From a virus (taxonomy: Duplodnaviria; Caudoviricetes): a stretch of 64,000 nucleotides of DNA. Below the pieces are notes generated by a model, which made no database searches, was not told where the DNA came from, and worked only from the letters and a program-made list of their open reading frames with translations. Positions within the stretch are counted from its first letter, which is position 1, and each line of letters starts with the position of its first letter. Where the stretch lies: the IMG/VR virus record IMGVR_UViG_3300030419_006251, positions 136,761 through 200,760 of that record; one strand, written 5' to 3'. This document shows positions 56,268-62,601 of the stretch, piece after piece. Both the position numbers and the translations under genes were made by a program.

Positions 56268-56433
56268 TTATCACCTCGATGTCAAGGGGGTTAGCATAAA
56301 TCTGATAGTTGCCTTTAATGGACTCAACAATAGCGACAGTGTTAAACAAGTCAGCTTTGATCGCGATGATGACACCGATGACAGGCTCTCGGCCATGGGT
56401 ACGCTTCACGCTTACCAAGTTGCCGACTTTCAT
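56254..56433 (-). CDS. SH3/KOW-like array protein (59 aa, not in ORF track)
   Basis: MKVGNLVSVKRTHGREPVIGVIIAIKADLFNTVAIVESIKGNYQIYANPLDIEVISDCR. Confidence 0.7.
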   Translation of the reverse strand: MKVGNLVSVKRTHGREPVIGVIIAIKADLFNTVAIVESIKGNYQIYANPLDIEVISDCR

Positions 56434-56639
56434 GCTGTCACCTCTCGCATGTGCTTCAACAAGCCGCGATCAATGATCGTCGGGCTTGTGTTTCCGACTA
56501 TCAAAACCTTGTGGTTCTCTATGGTCGCGCCATCGTCGCGACGGATGAAAGCCTCACCCAAATACATCGCCAGTCGGCCATTCACGGTTGTTGTGTGTCC
56601 GTTAATACGGTCAAATCTGTATAGCTTACCGACTTTCAT
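56430..56639 (-). CDS. SH3/KOW-like array protein (69 aa)
   Basis: MKVGKLYRF...LAMYLG...HKVLI...MREVTA. Confidence 0.65.
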   Translation of the reverse strand: MKVGKLYRFDRINGHTTTVNGRLAMYLGEAFIRRDDGATIENHKVLIVGNTSPTIIDRGLLKHMREVTA

Positions 56640-56760
56640 TATTATCCTCAACCAAAGAGTTCCAGTGATCCCACGGGAACACCACAATAGCAAGTACACA
56701 CAGGCTGGGAAGAATCCACAAACCGTTGTCCAACAACATTATCTGCCAATCACTTAGCAT
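56626..56760 (-). CDS. 44-aa membrane peptide embedded in the array (not in ORF track)
   Basis: MLSDWQIMLLDNGLWILPSLCVLAIVVFPWDHWNSLVEDNNESR; SD GGAGGTGATC; junction-type sequence at both ends. Confidence 0.6.
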   Translation of the reverse strand: MLSDWQIMLLDNGLWILPSLCVLAIVVFPWDHWNSLVEDNNESR

Positions 56761-56929
56761 TGATCACCTCCAATCGTGACATGAGCCTCGTGGCGATAAG
56801 CTCGCCAGATGTGAGCAGGATAGCCCACATGCCACGCTCGGTCAGCGGAATCTTTGTAACGATCCCCACTTGACCCTGATAGCTCATGAAGGGCTCCGCT
56901 ATCCTTACCAAATCGCCAACCTTGATCAT
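56750..56929 (-). CDS. SH3/KOW-like array protein (59 aa, not in ORF track)
   Basis: MIKVGDLVRIAEPFMSYQGQVGIVTKIPLTERGMWAILLTSGELIATRLMSRLEVINAK. Confidence 0.7.
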   Translation of the reverse strand: MIKVGDLVRIAEPFMSYQGQVGIVTKIPLTERGMWAILLTSGELIATRLMSRLEVINAK

Positions 56930-56951
56930 ATCTCTCCCTGATTACCCCTAT

Positions 56952-57006
56952 AATATAGCATGGGTGTGGGTAGAAGTCAAGGAGATCCTTGTCAAGAAGA
57001 TGTCAA
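56952..57006 (-). promoter_or_regulatory. Triple -35 early promoter, copy 7
   Basis: TTGACA-5-TTGACA-9-TTGACT-17-TATATT with TG extension. Confidence 0.82.
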
Positions 57007-57201
57007 AGGTGCGTGGCTGGCCTCGCTGATGACCTCAAGCCACGGCAAGTCGCATATGCATATCTCACCTTCAGTCAGTACGGTGTAGAAGTGATCAACC
57101 GAATCGTGACCAGTTTCGATCACCGCCGTGACCACGCCGATGCCCATGTCGATGTTGATGGGCATAACTATCCTCACCAAATCACCAACCTTTATTTTCA
57201 C
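56992..57201 (-). CDS. SH3/KOW-like array protein (GTG start, 69 aa)
   Basis: MKIKVGDLVRI...GIGVV...YTVL...LEVISEASHAPLTSS. Confidence 0.7.
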   Translation of the reverse strand: MKIKVGDLVRIVMPINIDMGIGVVTAVIETGHDSVDHFYTVLTEGEICICDLPWLEVISEASHAPLTSS

Positions 57202-57413
57202 TTGCGTACCTTCTTCGACAAGATCGTGTAAGCGGCCAGACCTCTCCACTCGTCAGGCGGATCCTTGATAAATCGAATCCACTCCCCCTTGGCGTCACAC
57301 TTATATTCAACGACGATCTGAGGCATGGAAGATGAGTCGTCCTTGACAAGTGCGCCGATCATTGATCCCGCTTCTTTGATGATGTACTTCATGTTACCAA
57401 CCTTTATTTTCAA
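57198..57413 (-). CDS. SH3/KOW-like array protein, divergent (TTG start)
   Basis: MKIKVGN...; shares an identical 17-bp start region (57396-57412) with 57184-57200. Confidence 0.55.
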   Translation of the reverse strand: MKIKVGNMKYIIKEAGSMIGALVKDDSSSMPQIVVEYKCDAKGEWIRFIKDPPDEWRGLAAYTILSKKVRK

Positions 57414-57772
57414 TATACAATGTCAATGACGGGGTGGATGTCAAAGGCGTACCCGCGCCGTTCGATGTCGCCATCGTCTTCGCCGATGCGAACGAAGCGG
57501 AAATACTCATCACCTTCACCAAGGCCCTCAATCTGATCCTCCATGTGCATCATAAACTCCTCGATCGCTGCGATCTCAGGAAAGGAGTCGTACCACTTGA
57601 TACCGTCGAAACGAAACATGATCGATCCCTCCTCGCCTTGGAAGTCCTCGGTGCGATCTGAGTGCTTTCCGAAGCACATCGACATGGCCTCGGGCTCCTT
57701 GCCGAGAAAGTGCATAAGATAAGGTCGAGCTTGCTTGCTGACCGCGAGAATAGCTGTTGAACGATAACCCAT
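57410..57772 (-). CDS. Acidic hypothetical phage protein
   Basis: MGYRS...IKWYDSFPEI...FVRIGEDDGDIE; AGGAG SD. Confidence 0.65.
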   Translation of the reverse strand: MGYRSTAILAVSKQARPYLMHFLGKEPEAMSMCFGKHSDRTEDFQGEEGSIMFRFDGIKWYDSFPEIAAIEEFMMHMEDQIEGLGEGDEYFRFVRIGEDDGDIERRGYAFDIHPVIDIVY

Positions 57773-58008
57773 TATTTATCTCCTTTGAGTATGTCAAGTC
57801 TGTCAAGACCAAAATCTGAAACGGTTGCTGGTCCGTGGTATTTATAGTGTGATGAGTTGATGGCATAGTGGACAGGCTTAACCCATTTCACACGGACATG
57901 CAAAGGTTTATTATGCGAAATCACAAGGCCGATAGCGCCGTGAAACTCGGGATAGTTGCCCTCTGCTCTAAATCTAACTAACTGACCGATTAAACTCTTA
58001 TGAGGCAT
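57772..58008 (-). CDS. SH3/KOW-like array protein (78 aa)
   Basis: LIGQLVRF...IGLVIS...VRVKW...LDIL. Confidence 0.6.
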   Translation of the reverse strand: MPHKSLIGQLVRFRAEGNYPEFHGAIGLVISHNKPLHVRVKWVKPVHYAINSSHYKYHGPATVSDFGLDRLDILKGDK

Positions 58009-58342
58009 TTCGCTTTTCCTTGCTCTCTGTGAGCATCTTCTTAACCCATGCGCCATCGAACTCTGCTGCATACTTGTCGCGAAGTACAAGCAACTTTTCG
58101 CCGTCCTTTGTTTCAAACTGCAGCTTGTAACCGGGGATCAAAAACTCCGTTCCAGCCGGAGCGCCAAGAAAACACTCGCATATGGCATAGGGAACTGACT
58201 TCCAGCGATATTTCATTTCGCCGGTCTTCTTGTCTTTCCAACTGCGCTTAAAGCGTCGGAACTGCATGTCAACGACACGCGCCTGAATAGTGCTGTCTTG
58301 AGTGCGAATGATTACAATGTCGTTCTTAGTCAAATATGCCAT
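57998..58342 (-). CDS. Hypothetical protein (114 aa)
   Basis: ATG at 58342 with AAGGAG SD, directly after a promoter. Confidence 0.65.
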   Translation of the reverse strand: MAYLTKNDIVIIRTQDSTIQARVVDMQFRRFKRSWKDKKTGEMKYRWKSVPYAICECFLGAPAGTEFLIPGYKLQFETKDGEKLLVLRDKYAAEFDGAWVKKMLTESKEKRNAS

Positions 58343-58368
58343 GATGGTTTCTCCTTGATTACCCATAT

Positions 58369-58423
58369 AATATAGCATGGGCGAGAGCAAGAGTCAACAG
58401 GATCCTTGTCAAGAAGATGTCAA
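58369..58423 (-). promoter_or_regulatory. Triple -35 early promoter, copy 8
   Basis: TTGACA-5-TTGACA-9-TTGACT-17-TATATT with TG extension. Confidence 0.82.
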
Positions 58424-58594
58424 AGGTTTAAGATACGACACATGCTCTACCGTAACCCTCTGATCGGCCCACAATATCCGAAAGCGATTCGGAATGACGG
58501 CTACATGCTCTATGATGATGCCGGGGTTCTTGTAATCATCACGATCCGTAACCCAGGAAGAGGAGTGAAACTTAACCAAATCACCGACTTTCAC
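58409..58594 (-). CDS. SH3/KOW-like array protein
   Basis: MKVGDLVKF...PGIIIE...FRILW...LKPLTSS. Confidence 0.72.
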   Translation of the reverse strand: MKVGDLVKFHSSSWVTDRDDYKNPGIIIEHVAVIPNRFRILWADQRVTVEHVSYLKPLTSS

Positions 58595-58751
58595 TGATTA
58601 CCTCCAGGTATTCAGGCTTGAAGCTCTCTCCAGTATGCAAGTGAATCCATATGCTCGCGCATCTCACTCTACCATTTCTCATCACTTCCTTTCTGGCGAT
58701 TATGCCAGTTGTGCCATCATATTTAACTCTCACCAAATCACCGACTTTCAC
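58581..58751 (-). CDS. SH3/KOW-like array protein (56 aa, not in ORF track)
   Basis: MKVGDLVRVKYDGTTGIIARKEVMRNGRVRCASIWIHLHTGESFKPEYLEVISESR. Confidence 0.72.
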   Translation of the reverse strand: MKVGDLVRVKYDGTTGIIARKEVMRNGRVRCASIWIHLHTGESFKPEYLEVISESR

Positions 58752-58932
58752 TGATTACCTCCAGTTGTATATCACTGACCCATTCTTCGCCGTGGGCGAA
58801 CAAGACCAGACAATCATAGAAGCCTGTTTCATCTTCAAGCATATCTGTTATTATTCCTGTCGTTGGCGGCCATGCATATTCTGTCATGGCAGACATCGAG
58901 GGCCTAAGCCTAACCAAATCACCGACTTTCAC
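58738..58932 (-). CDS. SH3/KOW-like array protein
   Basis: MKVGDLVRL...TGIITD...CLVLF...LEVISESR. Confidence 0.75.
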   Translation of the reverse strand: MKVGDLVRLRPSMSAMTEYAWPPTTGIITDMLEDETGFYDCLVLFAHGEEWVSDIQLEVISESR

Positions 58933-59092
58933 TGATCACCTCCAGAAACCGCATCGAATGGTTCCAAACTTCGCCATCGTCCCAGAATACCAGCACTTCT
59001 TTTGAATCTCCGATTTCTTCGGGATCGATGGCTATGATGATGCCTGTATTACTCCCGGCATGCGACTGTGTTACCAGATCACCGACTTTCAT
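58919..59092 (-). CDS. SH3/KOW-like array protein (57 aa)
   Basis: MKVGDLVTQ...TGIIIAI...VLVFWDDG...LEVISESR. Confidence 0.75.
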   Translation of the reverse strand: MKVGDLVTQSHAGSNTGIIIAIDPEEIGDSKEVLVFWDDGEVWNHSMRFLEVISESR

Positions 59093-59223
59093 TGTGTCCC
59101 CTTGTGCTTGATCTTGCGGGTATACTTGGATTTGTCCTTGTGCTTTCCGGCACCCGAACGCAGATGTGCCCGCACTGCGAGCCAGTTGCGAGCTTTCGGG
59201 GTCTTGATCTTTGTTTTCTTCAT
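59089..59223 (-). CDS. 44-aa highly basic peptide, ArfA-like by eye (not in ORF track)
   Basis: MKKTKIKTPKARNWLAVRAHLRSGAGKHKDKSKYTRKIKHKGTQ; first gene after a promoter; ATGA overlap with the next gene. Confidence 0.6.
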   Translation of the reverse strand: MKKTKIKTPKARNWLAVRAHLRSGAGKHKDKSKYTRKIKHKGTQ

Positions 59224-59229
59224 GCCCAT

Positions 59230-59284
59230 AATATAGCACCCTTGACCGAGAAAGTCAAGGGTGCAGTTGTAAAGGAAATGTCAA
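59230..59284 (-). promoter_or_regulatory. Triple -35 early promoter, copy 9, overlapped by an 11-bp inverted repeat
   Basis: TTGACA-5-TTTACA-9-TTGACT-17-TATATT; GCACCCTTGAC/GTCAAGGGTGC at 59236-59264. Confidence 0.8.
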
Positions 59285-59556
59285 GAAGAGTAGAAGACTC
59301 GGACATGACCAATGGGAACCTTTAATATCACCAGTCGCCAGCCCATGAACTTGAGCGGCAACTTGTCCGTGAACTCCTTATCCAAATGCTCATCAGTATC
59401 TTCACACTCAACGATGGCCCTCAAGATGGATCCTCCACCATCTGAGTGGAAATCCACCGTGAAAGCGTTGGGCCAGCTATCGGCCAAGATAGCCATTAAC
59501 GCTTTCCTTACTTCGCTCTGTGAGGCTTTCTCGCCAGAAAATGCCAGGTTAGCCAT
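59281..59556 (-). CDS. Hypothetical protein
   Basis: 91 aa; GAGG SD; stop inside a promoter TTGACA. Confidence 0.6.
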   Translation of the reverse strand: MANLAFSGEKASQSEVRKALMAILADSWPNAFTVDFHSDGGGSILRAIVECEDTDEHLDKEFTDKLPLKFMGWRLVILKVPIGHVRVFYSS

Positions 59557-59578
59557 ATTATATCCTCGCTTGTGATGC

Positions 59579-59773
59579 CTAGTCCGGTCGTTTATCGAAC
59601 ATTTCTTCTACGCTTCCAGTATAATGATTCGGAGCCATAGTCTGCAAGTTCCGCGCTGTCTGTTGGCGGATCTGTCGGTTTGCGGCGCGACCGCCGCAGT
59701 CCAAACAAGTCTTGTATCCTAAAGCCAAGCGTTTATCATTATACTCTTCTTCACACTCAATGCAAATCGCCAT
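59579..59773 (-). CDS. DksA/TraR-like C4 zinc-finger protein
   Basis: CIEC...KRLALGYKTCLDC. Confidence 0.6.
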   Translation of the reverse strand: MAICIECEEEYNDKRLALGYKTCLDCGGRAANRQIRQQTARNLQTMAPNHYTGSVEEMFDKRPD

Positions 59774-59975
59774 TTTCGTCCTCGTTGTTCAAAGGTTTAA
59801 TATCGTCTTCAGTCAAGTACATTGTACCGAACTCTGTGAAGTCAACTGTATAACTATTGCCGTCCTCGCCAACCGAACCGCTCACATCAATGATGATGCC
59901 CTGCTCGCCGCGACTATCAGCGGGTGCGTTATACGACCACTCGCTAATCTCTATATTTTGTCCTACTTCATACAT
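59757..59975 (-). CDS. SH3-like (YorP-like) small protein
   Basis: YEVGQNIEI...GEQGIIIDV...YTVDF...EDDIKPL. Confidence 0.65.
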   Translation of the reverse strand: MYEVGQNIEISEWSYNAPADSRGEQGIIIDVSGSVGEDGNSYTVDFTEFGTMYLTEDDIKPLNNEDENGDLH

Positions 59976-60253
59976 TATGATTTACTCACCATTTTAAGAT
60001 CCTTGCGGTTAAAGTATTTTGTGTAGGCTTCTCGCCCATCTAGATGGTCATTTTCGCCGATCCACGCGATTGTATATTTATTCTGCGTTTCCCAAGGTCG
60101 ATATTCGTGTGGTGGCATAACTTGAGTTACCAATCCGATGAGCGGCTTATCCTCTCCGTTGTGCACTCCCCACTTTCGGCTGGTCATGTGCCGTGCAACA
60201 TGCGTCAGACGCTTACCGTATGCCGACAGAGTTACTAGATCGCCCGTTTTCAC
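59975..60253 (-). CDS. SH3/KOW-like array protein (GTG start, 92 aa)
   Basis: MKTGDLVTL...IGLVTQV...YTIAW...LKMVS; AAGGAG SD. Confidence 0.65.
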   Translation of the reverse strand: MKTGDLVTLSAYGKRLTHVARHMTSRKWGVHNGEDKPLIGLVTQVMPPHEYRPWETQNKYTIAWIGENDHLDGREAYTKYFNRKDLKMVSKS

Positions 60254-60263
60254 CTTGCTCTCC

Positions 60264-60587
60264 TTAACTATTTGACTGTACGCAGATGATGGAGGCTCTG
60301 TTGTCTGTCTTATCAACTTGCAATACGAACCTATTTCCTACCTCGACTTTACATGGAAACAACAGAGTCTCAAACACGCTGTTCTCGATGTTGCCGTCAG
60401 GTAACTGCAACTGGACATCAATAAACCCGACCACTGTATAGTCTGGAGCTTCACTCTCATCGTGTATTGCGAGGATAGTGCCGCGATATTCCACAACCTC
60501 GTGATCCTCGTCGCCTGGATGTGCAATGGCCGCAGTTGAGATTGTAAGTGCGCTCAAAGCAAGAGCGGTTAGTAGTTTATTCCACAT
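60264..60587 (-). CDS. Secreted/periplasmic hypothetical protein
   Basis: Signal peptide ending AIA-HPGDEDH. Confidence 0.65.
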   Translation of the reverse strand: MWNKLLTALALSALTISTAAIAHPGDEDHEVVEYRGTILAIHDESEAPDYTVVGFIDVQLQLPDGNIENSVFETLLFPCKVEVGNRFVLQVDKTDNRASIICVQSNS

Positions 60588-60599
60588 TTTTTCTCCTTT

Positions 60600-60893
60600 C
60601 TAAAATGGGATTTCTTCATTGCAAAAGTTTGATACTTCCCAAACTTTTGGGTGCCACACCTGATGTGCAACACGACGAGCAACTCCGACATGACAAGAAG
60701 TTGTCTGAGACTTAAAGTCTCCGCGTGCGGTGTAATCTGCGAGGATACAGTATCCTCCTTCTGTTTTTTGGCCGATCTTCAAGTTATAGCTCCAAAGCCC
60801 GCCATCCCGCATGGCATAGAAAGATCGTCGATGATTTGTGGCAAACTCTCCAGCCCTCCACGCTCTCACCACTTCTTCATTAGTAACTGGCAT
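60600..60893 (-). CDS. Hypothetical phage protein
   Basis: MPVTNEEVVRAW...LWSYNLKIG; GGAG SD after a promoter. Confidence 0.6.
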   Translation of the reverse strand: MPVTNEEVVRAWRAGEFATNHRRSFYAMRDGGLWSYNLKIGQKTEGGYCILADYTARGDFKSQTTSCHVGVARRVAHQVWHPKVWEVSNFCNEEIPF

Positions 60894-60916
60894 GTGTTCT
60901 CCTGTATTGCCCCTAT

Positions 60917-60971
60917 AATATAGCACCGGGGCGAGCACTTGTCAATAGAAAAGATGTCAAGAAAATGTCAA
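60917..60971 (-). promoter_or_regulatory. Triple -35 early promoter, copy 10
   Basis: TTGACA-5-TTGACA-9-TTGACA-17-TATATT. Confidence 0.85.
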
Positions 60972-60974
60972 GAC

Positions 60975-61316
60975 CTACCAGTCGATAGGATCGTTAGAGA
61001 TCGGGCTAGCTGTTCCCTGCATCATGCGTTCGTTGCGGCGCTGTGCGGCCATTGAGGACGCCTTAACCTGCTCACGGGCATCAATGCCTGCCTGAACCAT
61101 ATCGAGGGCAGCATCCACCGTGGGAGAGCCGCTGAACGGATCCTCTGGGCGATTGATAGCTTCAAACAGATCATGTTCAAGCTCCTCAAGCTCATCGGCA
61201 AGATCAGCAGTTTCGACATCGCCATTGATCGAGTGGGTGTCGCGCAAGTCATTAACACGCTCACGCAGTGAATCCATGATGTGGATGATTTCAGTTTCGG
61301 TCAGTTCAATCTTCAA
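60975..61316 (-). CDS. Acidic hypothetical protein
   Basis: 113 aa; AAGGAGG SD; TTG start. Confidence 0.6.
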   Translation of the reverse strand: MKIELTETEIIHIMDSLRERVNDLRDTHSINGDVETADLADELEELEHDLFEAINRPEDPFSGSPTVDAALDMVQAGIDAREQVKASSMAAQRRNERMMQGTASPISNDPIDW

Positions 61317-61340
61317 GGCGTACCTCCTTCGTACTCATAT

Positions 61341-61395
61341 AATATAGCCCACGGAGCCTAAGAAGTCAATAGAAAAGATGTCAAGAAAATGTCAA
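61341..61395 (-). promoter_or_regulatory. Triple -35 early promoter, copy 11
   Basis: TTGACA-5-TTGACA-9-TTGACT-17-TATATT. Confidence 0.82.
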
Positions 61396-61787
61396 GGCTT
61401 TACAGCCGACACGGTGCGTAGCATGTCGAATGGATACCAGTCGGAAGATTCGTTAATGGTGTTTGTTTCCCATGCAGAAGGTCGATTGATCCATCGTATC
61501 TTAGCCATGCGTCTGTTCTTCCCCTCTCTTGCATACATGAAGAAAGCCTGTAACATAGTTTTTTGGTCCTCGGTGATGATACCTTCTCGGCGAAACTCGT
61601 AAAGTTTATTATAGCCAACTCTTTCTTGAATCTTACGAATGGCCTTAAATCGAATCTTGAACTTGTCTCTCGCAAACTGCCTAATCTCGTCGGTGTCTTT
61701 AACCTCGACTATGATTCCAAGTCCCGGTCTTCGCCTCCGGTGCATCTTGACTAACGCGCCGGGTTTCTTTGTATTCTTTCTTCCCAT
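61392..61787 (-). CDS. SH3-like protein with a helical insertion
   Basis: KPGALVKM...GLGIIVEV...[insert]...AKIRW...WYPFDMLRTVS. Confidence 0.55.
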   Translation of the reverse strand: MGRKNTKKPGALVKMHRRRRPGLGIIVEVKDTDEIRQFARDKFKIRFKAIRKIQERVGYNKLYEFRREGIITEDQKTMLQAFFMYAREGKNRRMAKIRWINRPSAWETNTINESSDWYPFDMLRTVSAVKP

Positions 61788-61868
61788 TAGAAATAAATCT
61801 CCTCATAACCATAAACGATGGTCATTAGTGTGTGTTTAATATATTGTTTAATCCTTTTTCTCACTCTC

Positions 61869-62081
61869 TTACTCTTCCTCTATTCTTTCCAAAAACATTT
61901 CATGAAACTTGAGCCTTTCTCCGTTCGTCATTAAGACCATAAATAATCCAACATGAGCCACCTCGTCGTTCCACGCTTTGTGTTTTATCGCTTCTACGAT
62001 AAGGCCGGTGCGCGAGCTTGGCATCCTCGCATCGTGAGTCTCGGGACTGACTCGTACCAAATCACCGACTTTGAGTTTCAC
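61869..62081 (-). CDS. SH3/KOW-like array protein
   Basis: MKLKVGDLVRV...TGLIVE...FMVLM...LERI. Confidence 0.72.
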   Translation of the reverse strand: MKLKVGDLVRVSPETHDARMPSSRTGLIVEAIKHKAWNDEVAHVGLFMVLMTNGERLKFHEMFLERIEEE

Positions 62082-62274
62082 TGATCACCTCCAGCCACTC
62101 AAGGGGCTCCCAATCATTACGATCACTATCATTCCAGCGTATGCACACACGCGCCAACCCCAAGCGGCCAACATGCGGATCCTTGACAGACACCACGATG
62201 CCGACAGCCTCTTGTCCATCCTCGCGATCACGATAGCACGATCCTGGCATGATTACTAAGTCGCCGACTTTCAT
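62062..62274 (-). CDS. SH3/KOW-like array protein (70 aa)
   Basis: MKVGDLVIM...VGIVVSV...VCIRW...LEVISETQSR. Confidence 0.72.
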   Translation of the reverse strand: MKVGDLVIMPGSCYRDREDGQEAVGIVVSVKDPHVGRLGLARVCIRWNDSDRNDWEPLEWLEVISETQSR

Positions 62275-62438
62275 GCGATCACCTTTATGCGATGCGCCAG
62301 AATCCAGTTTGTGCGCCCGTCGGTCCAATGCACGATAGGCTGTGGATCCGAGCCGTCGAAAGGACGCTGCCAGCCAACAATAATACCAAGCAGGCCGCTT
62401 TCGGAGTTAAGATTTCTAACTAAATCACCGATCCTCAT
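62271..62438 (-). CDS. SH3/KOW-like array protein (55 aa, not in ORF track)
   Basis: MRIGDLVRNLNSESGLLGIIVGWQRPFDGSDPQPIVHWTDGRTNWILAHRIKVIA. Confidence 0.72.
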   Translation of the reverse strand: MRIGDLVRNLNSESGLLGIIVGWQRPFDGSDPQPIVHWTDGRTNWILAHRIKVIA

Positions 62439-62601
62439 TCAGCACCTCTAACTTTTTTGCCTGCTCTTTCGTATAGTGCCACTGGCCGTTGATGCCATCC
62501 CACGAAACTACAACATATTCTTTAGTTATCTTTATTATTTCTCCAGTAGCCTCGTTGTGCTTCCACATGGGCGACATTCTAACCCTATTACCAACCTTCA
62601 T
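62425..62601 (-). CDS. SH3/KOW-like array protein (58 aa, not in ORF track)
   Basis: MKVGNRVRMSPMWKHNEATGEIIKITKEYVVVSWDGINGQWHYTKEQAKKLEVLNEDR. Confidence 0.72.
   Translation of the reverse strand: MKVGNRVRMSPMWKHNEATGEIIKITKEYVVVSWDGINGQWHYTKEQAKKLEVLNEDR

Larger units (their letters stand above)
55586..56773 (-). repeat. 33-bp gene-junction repeat, sub-array A
   Basis: Copies at 55586-55604 (partial), 55714-55746, 55877-55909, 56043-56075, 56248-56280, 56414-56446, 56750-56773 (partial); minus-strand consensus CTGGAGGTGATCAGTGAAAGTCGGTGATTTGGT. Confidence 0.9.
48903..57912 (-). repeat. Oriented 10-bp motif AATAAACCTT (6 exact copies plus near copies)
   Basis: + strand AAGGTTTATT at 48903, 50909, 52911, 53729, 55433, 57903. 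Confidence 0.8.
58575..59092 (-). repeat. 33-bp gene-junction repeat, sub-array B
   Basis: 58575-58607 and 58732-58764 identical (33/33); 58913-58945 32/33; 59073-59092 partial. Confidence 0.95.
62056..62451 (-). repeat. 33-bp gene-junction repeat, sub-array C
   Basis: 62056-62094 (with 6-bp insertion), 62255-62287, 62419-62451. Confidence 0.85.

Noticed and set aside
55586-62451. Regularly spaced 33-bp repeats as a CRISPR array
   Set aside because: Intervals are 157-205 bp and are open, SD-led genes; repeats are non-palindromic and degenerate; no cas operon is present (the PD-(D/E)XK nuclease at 22375 is a stand-alone phage exonuclease type).
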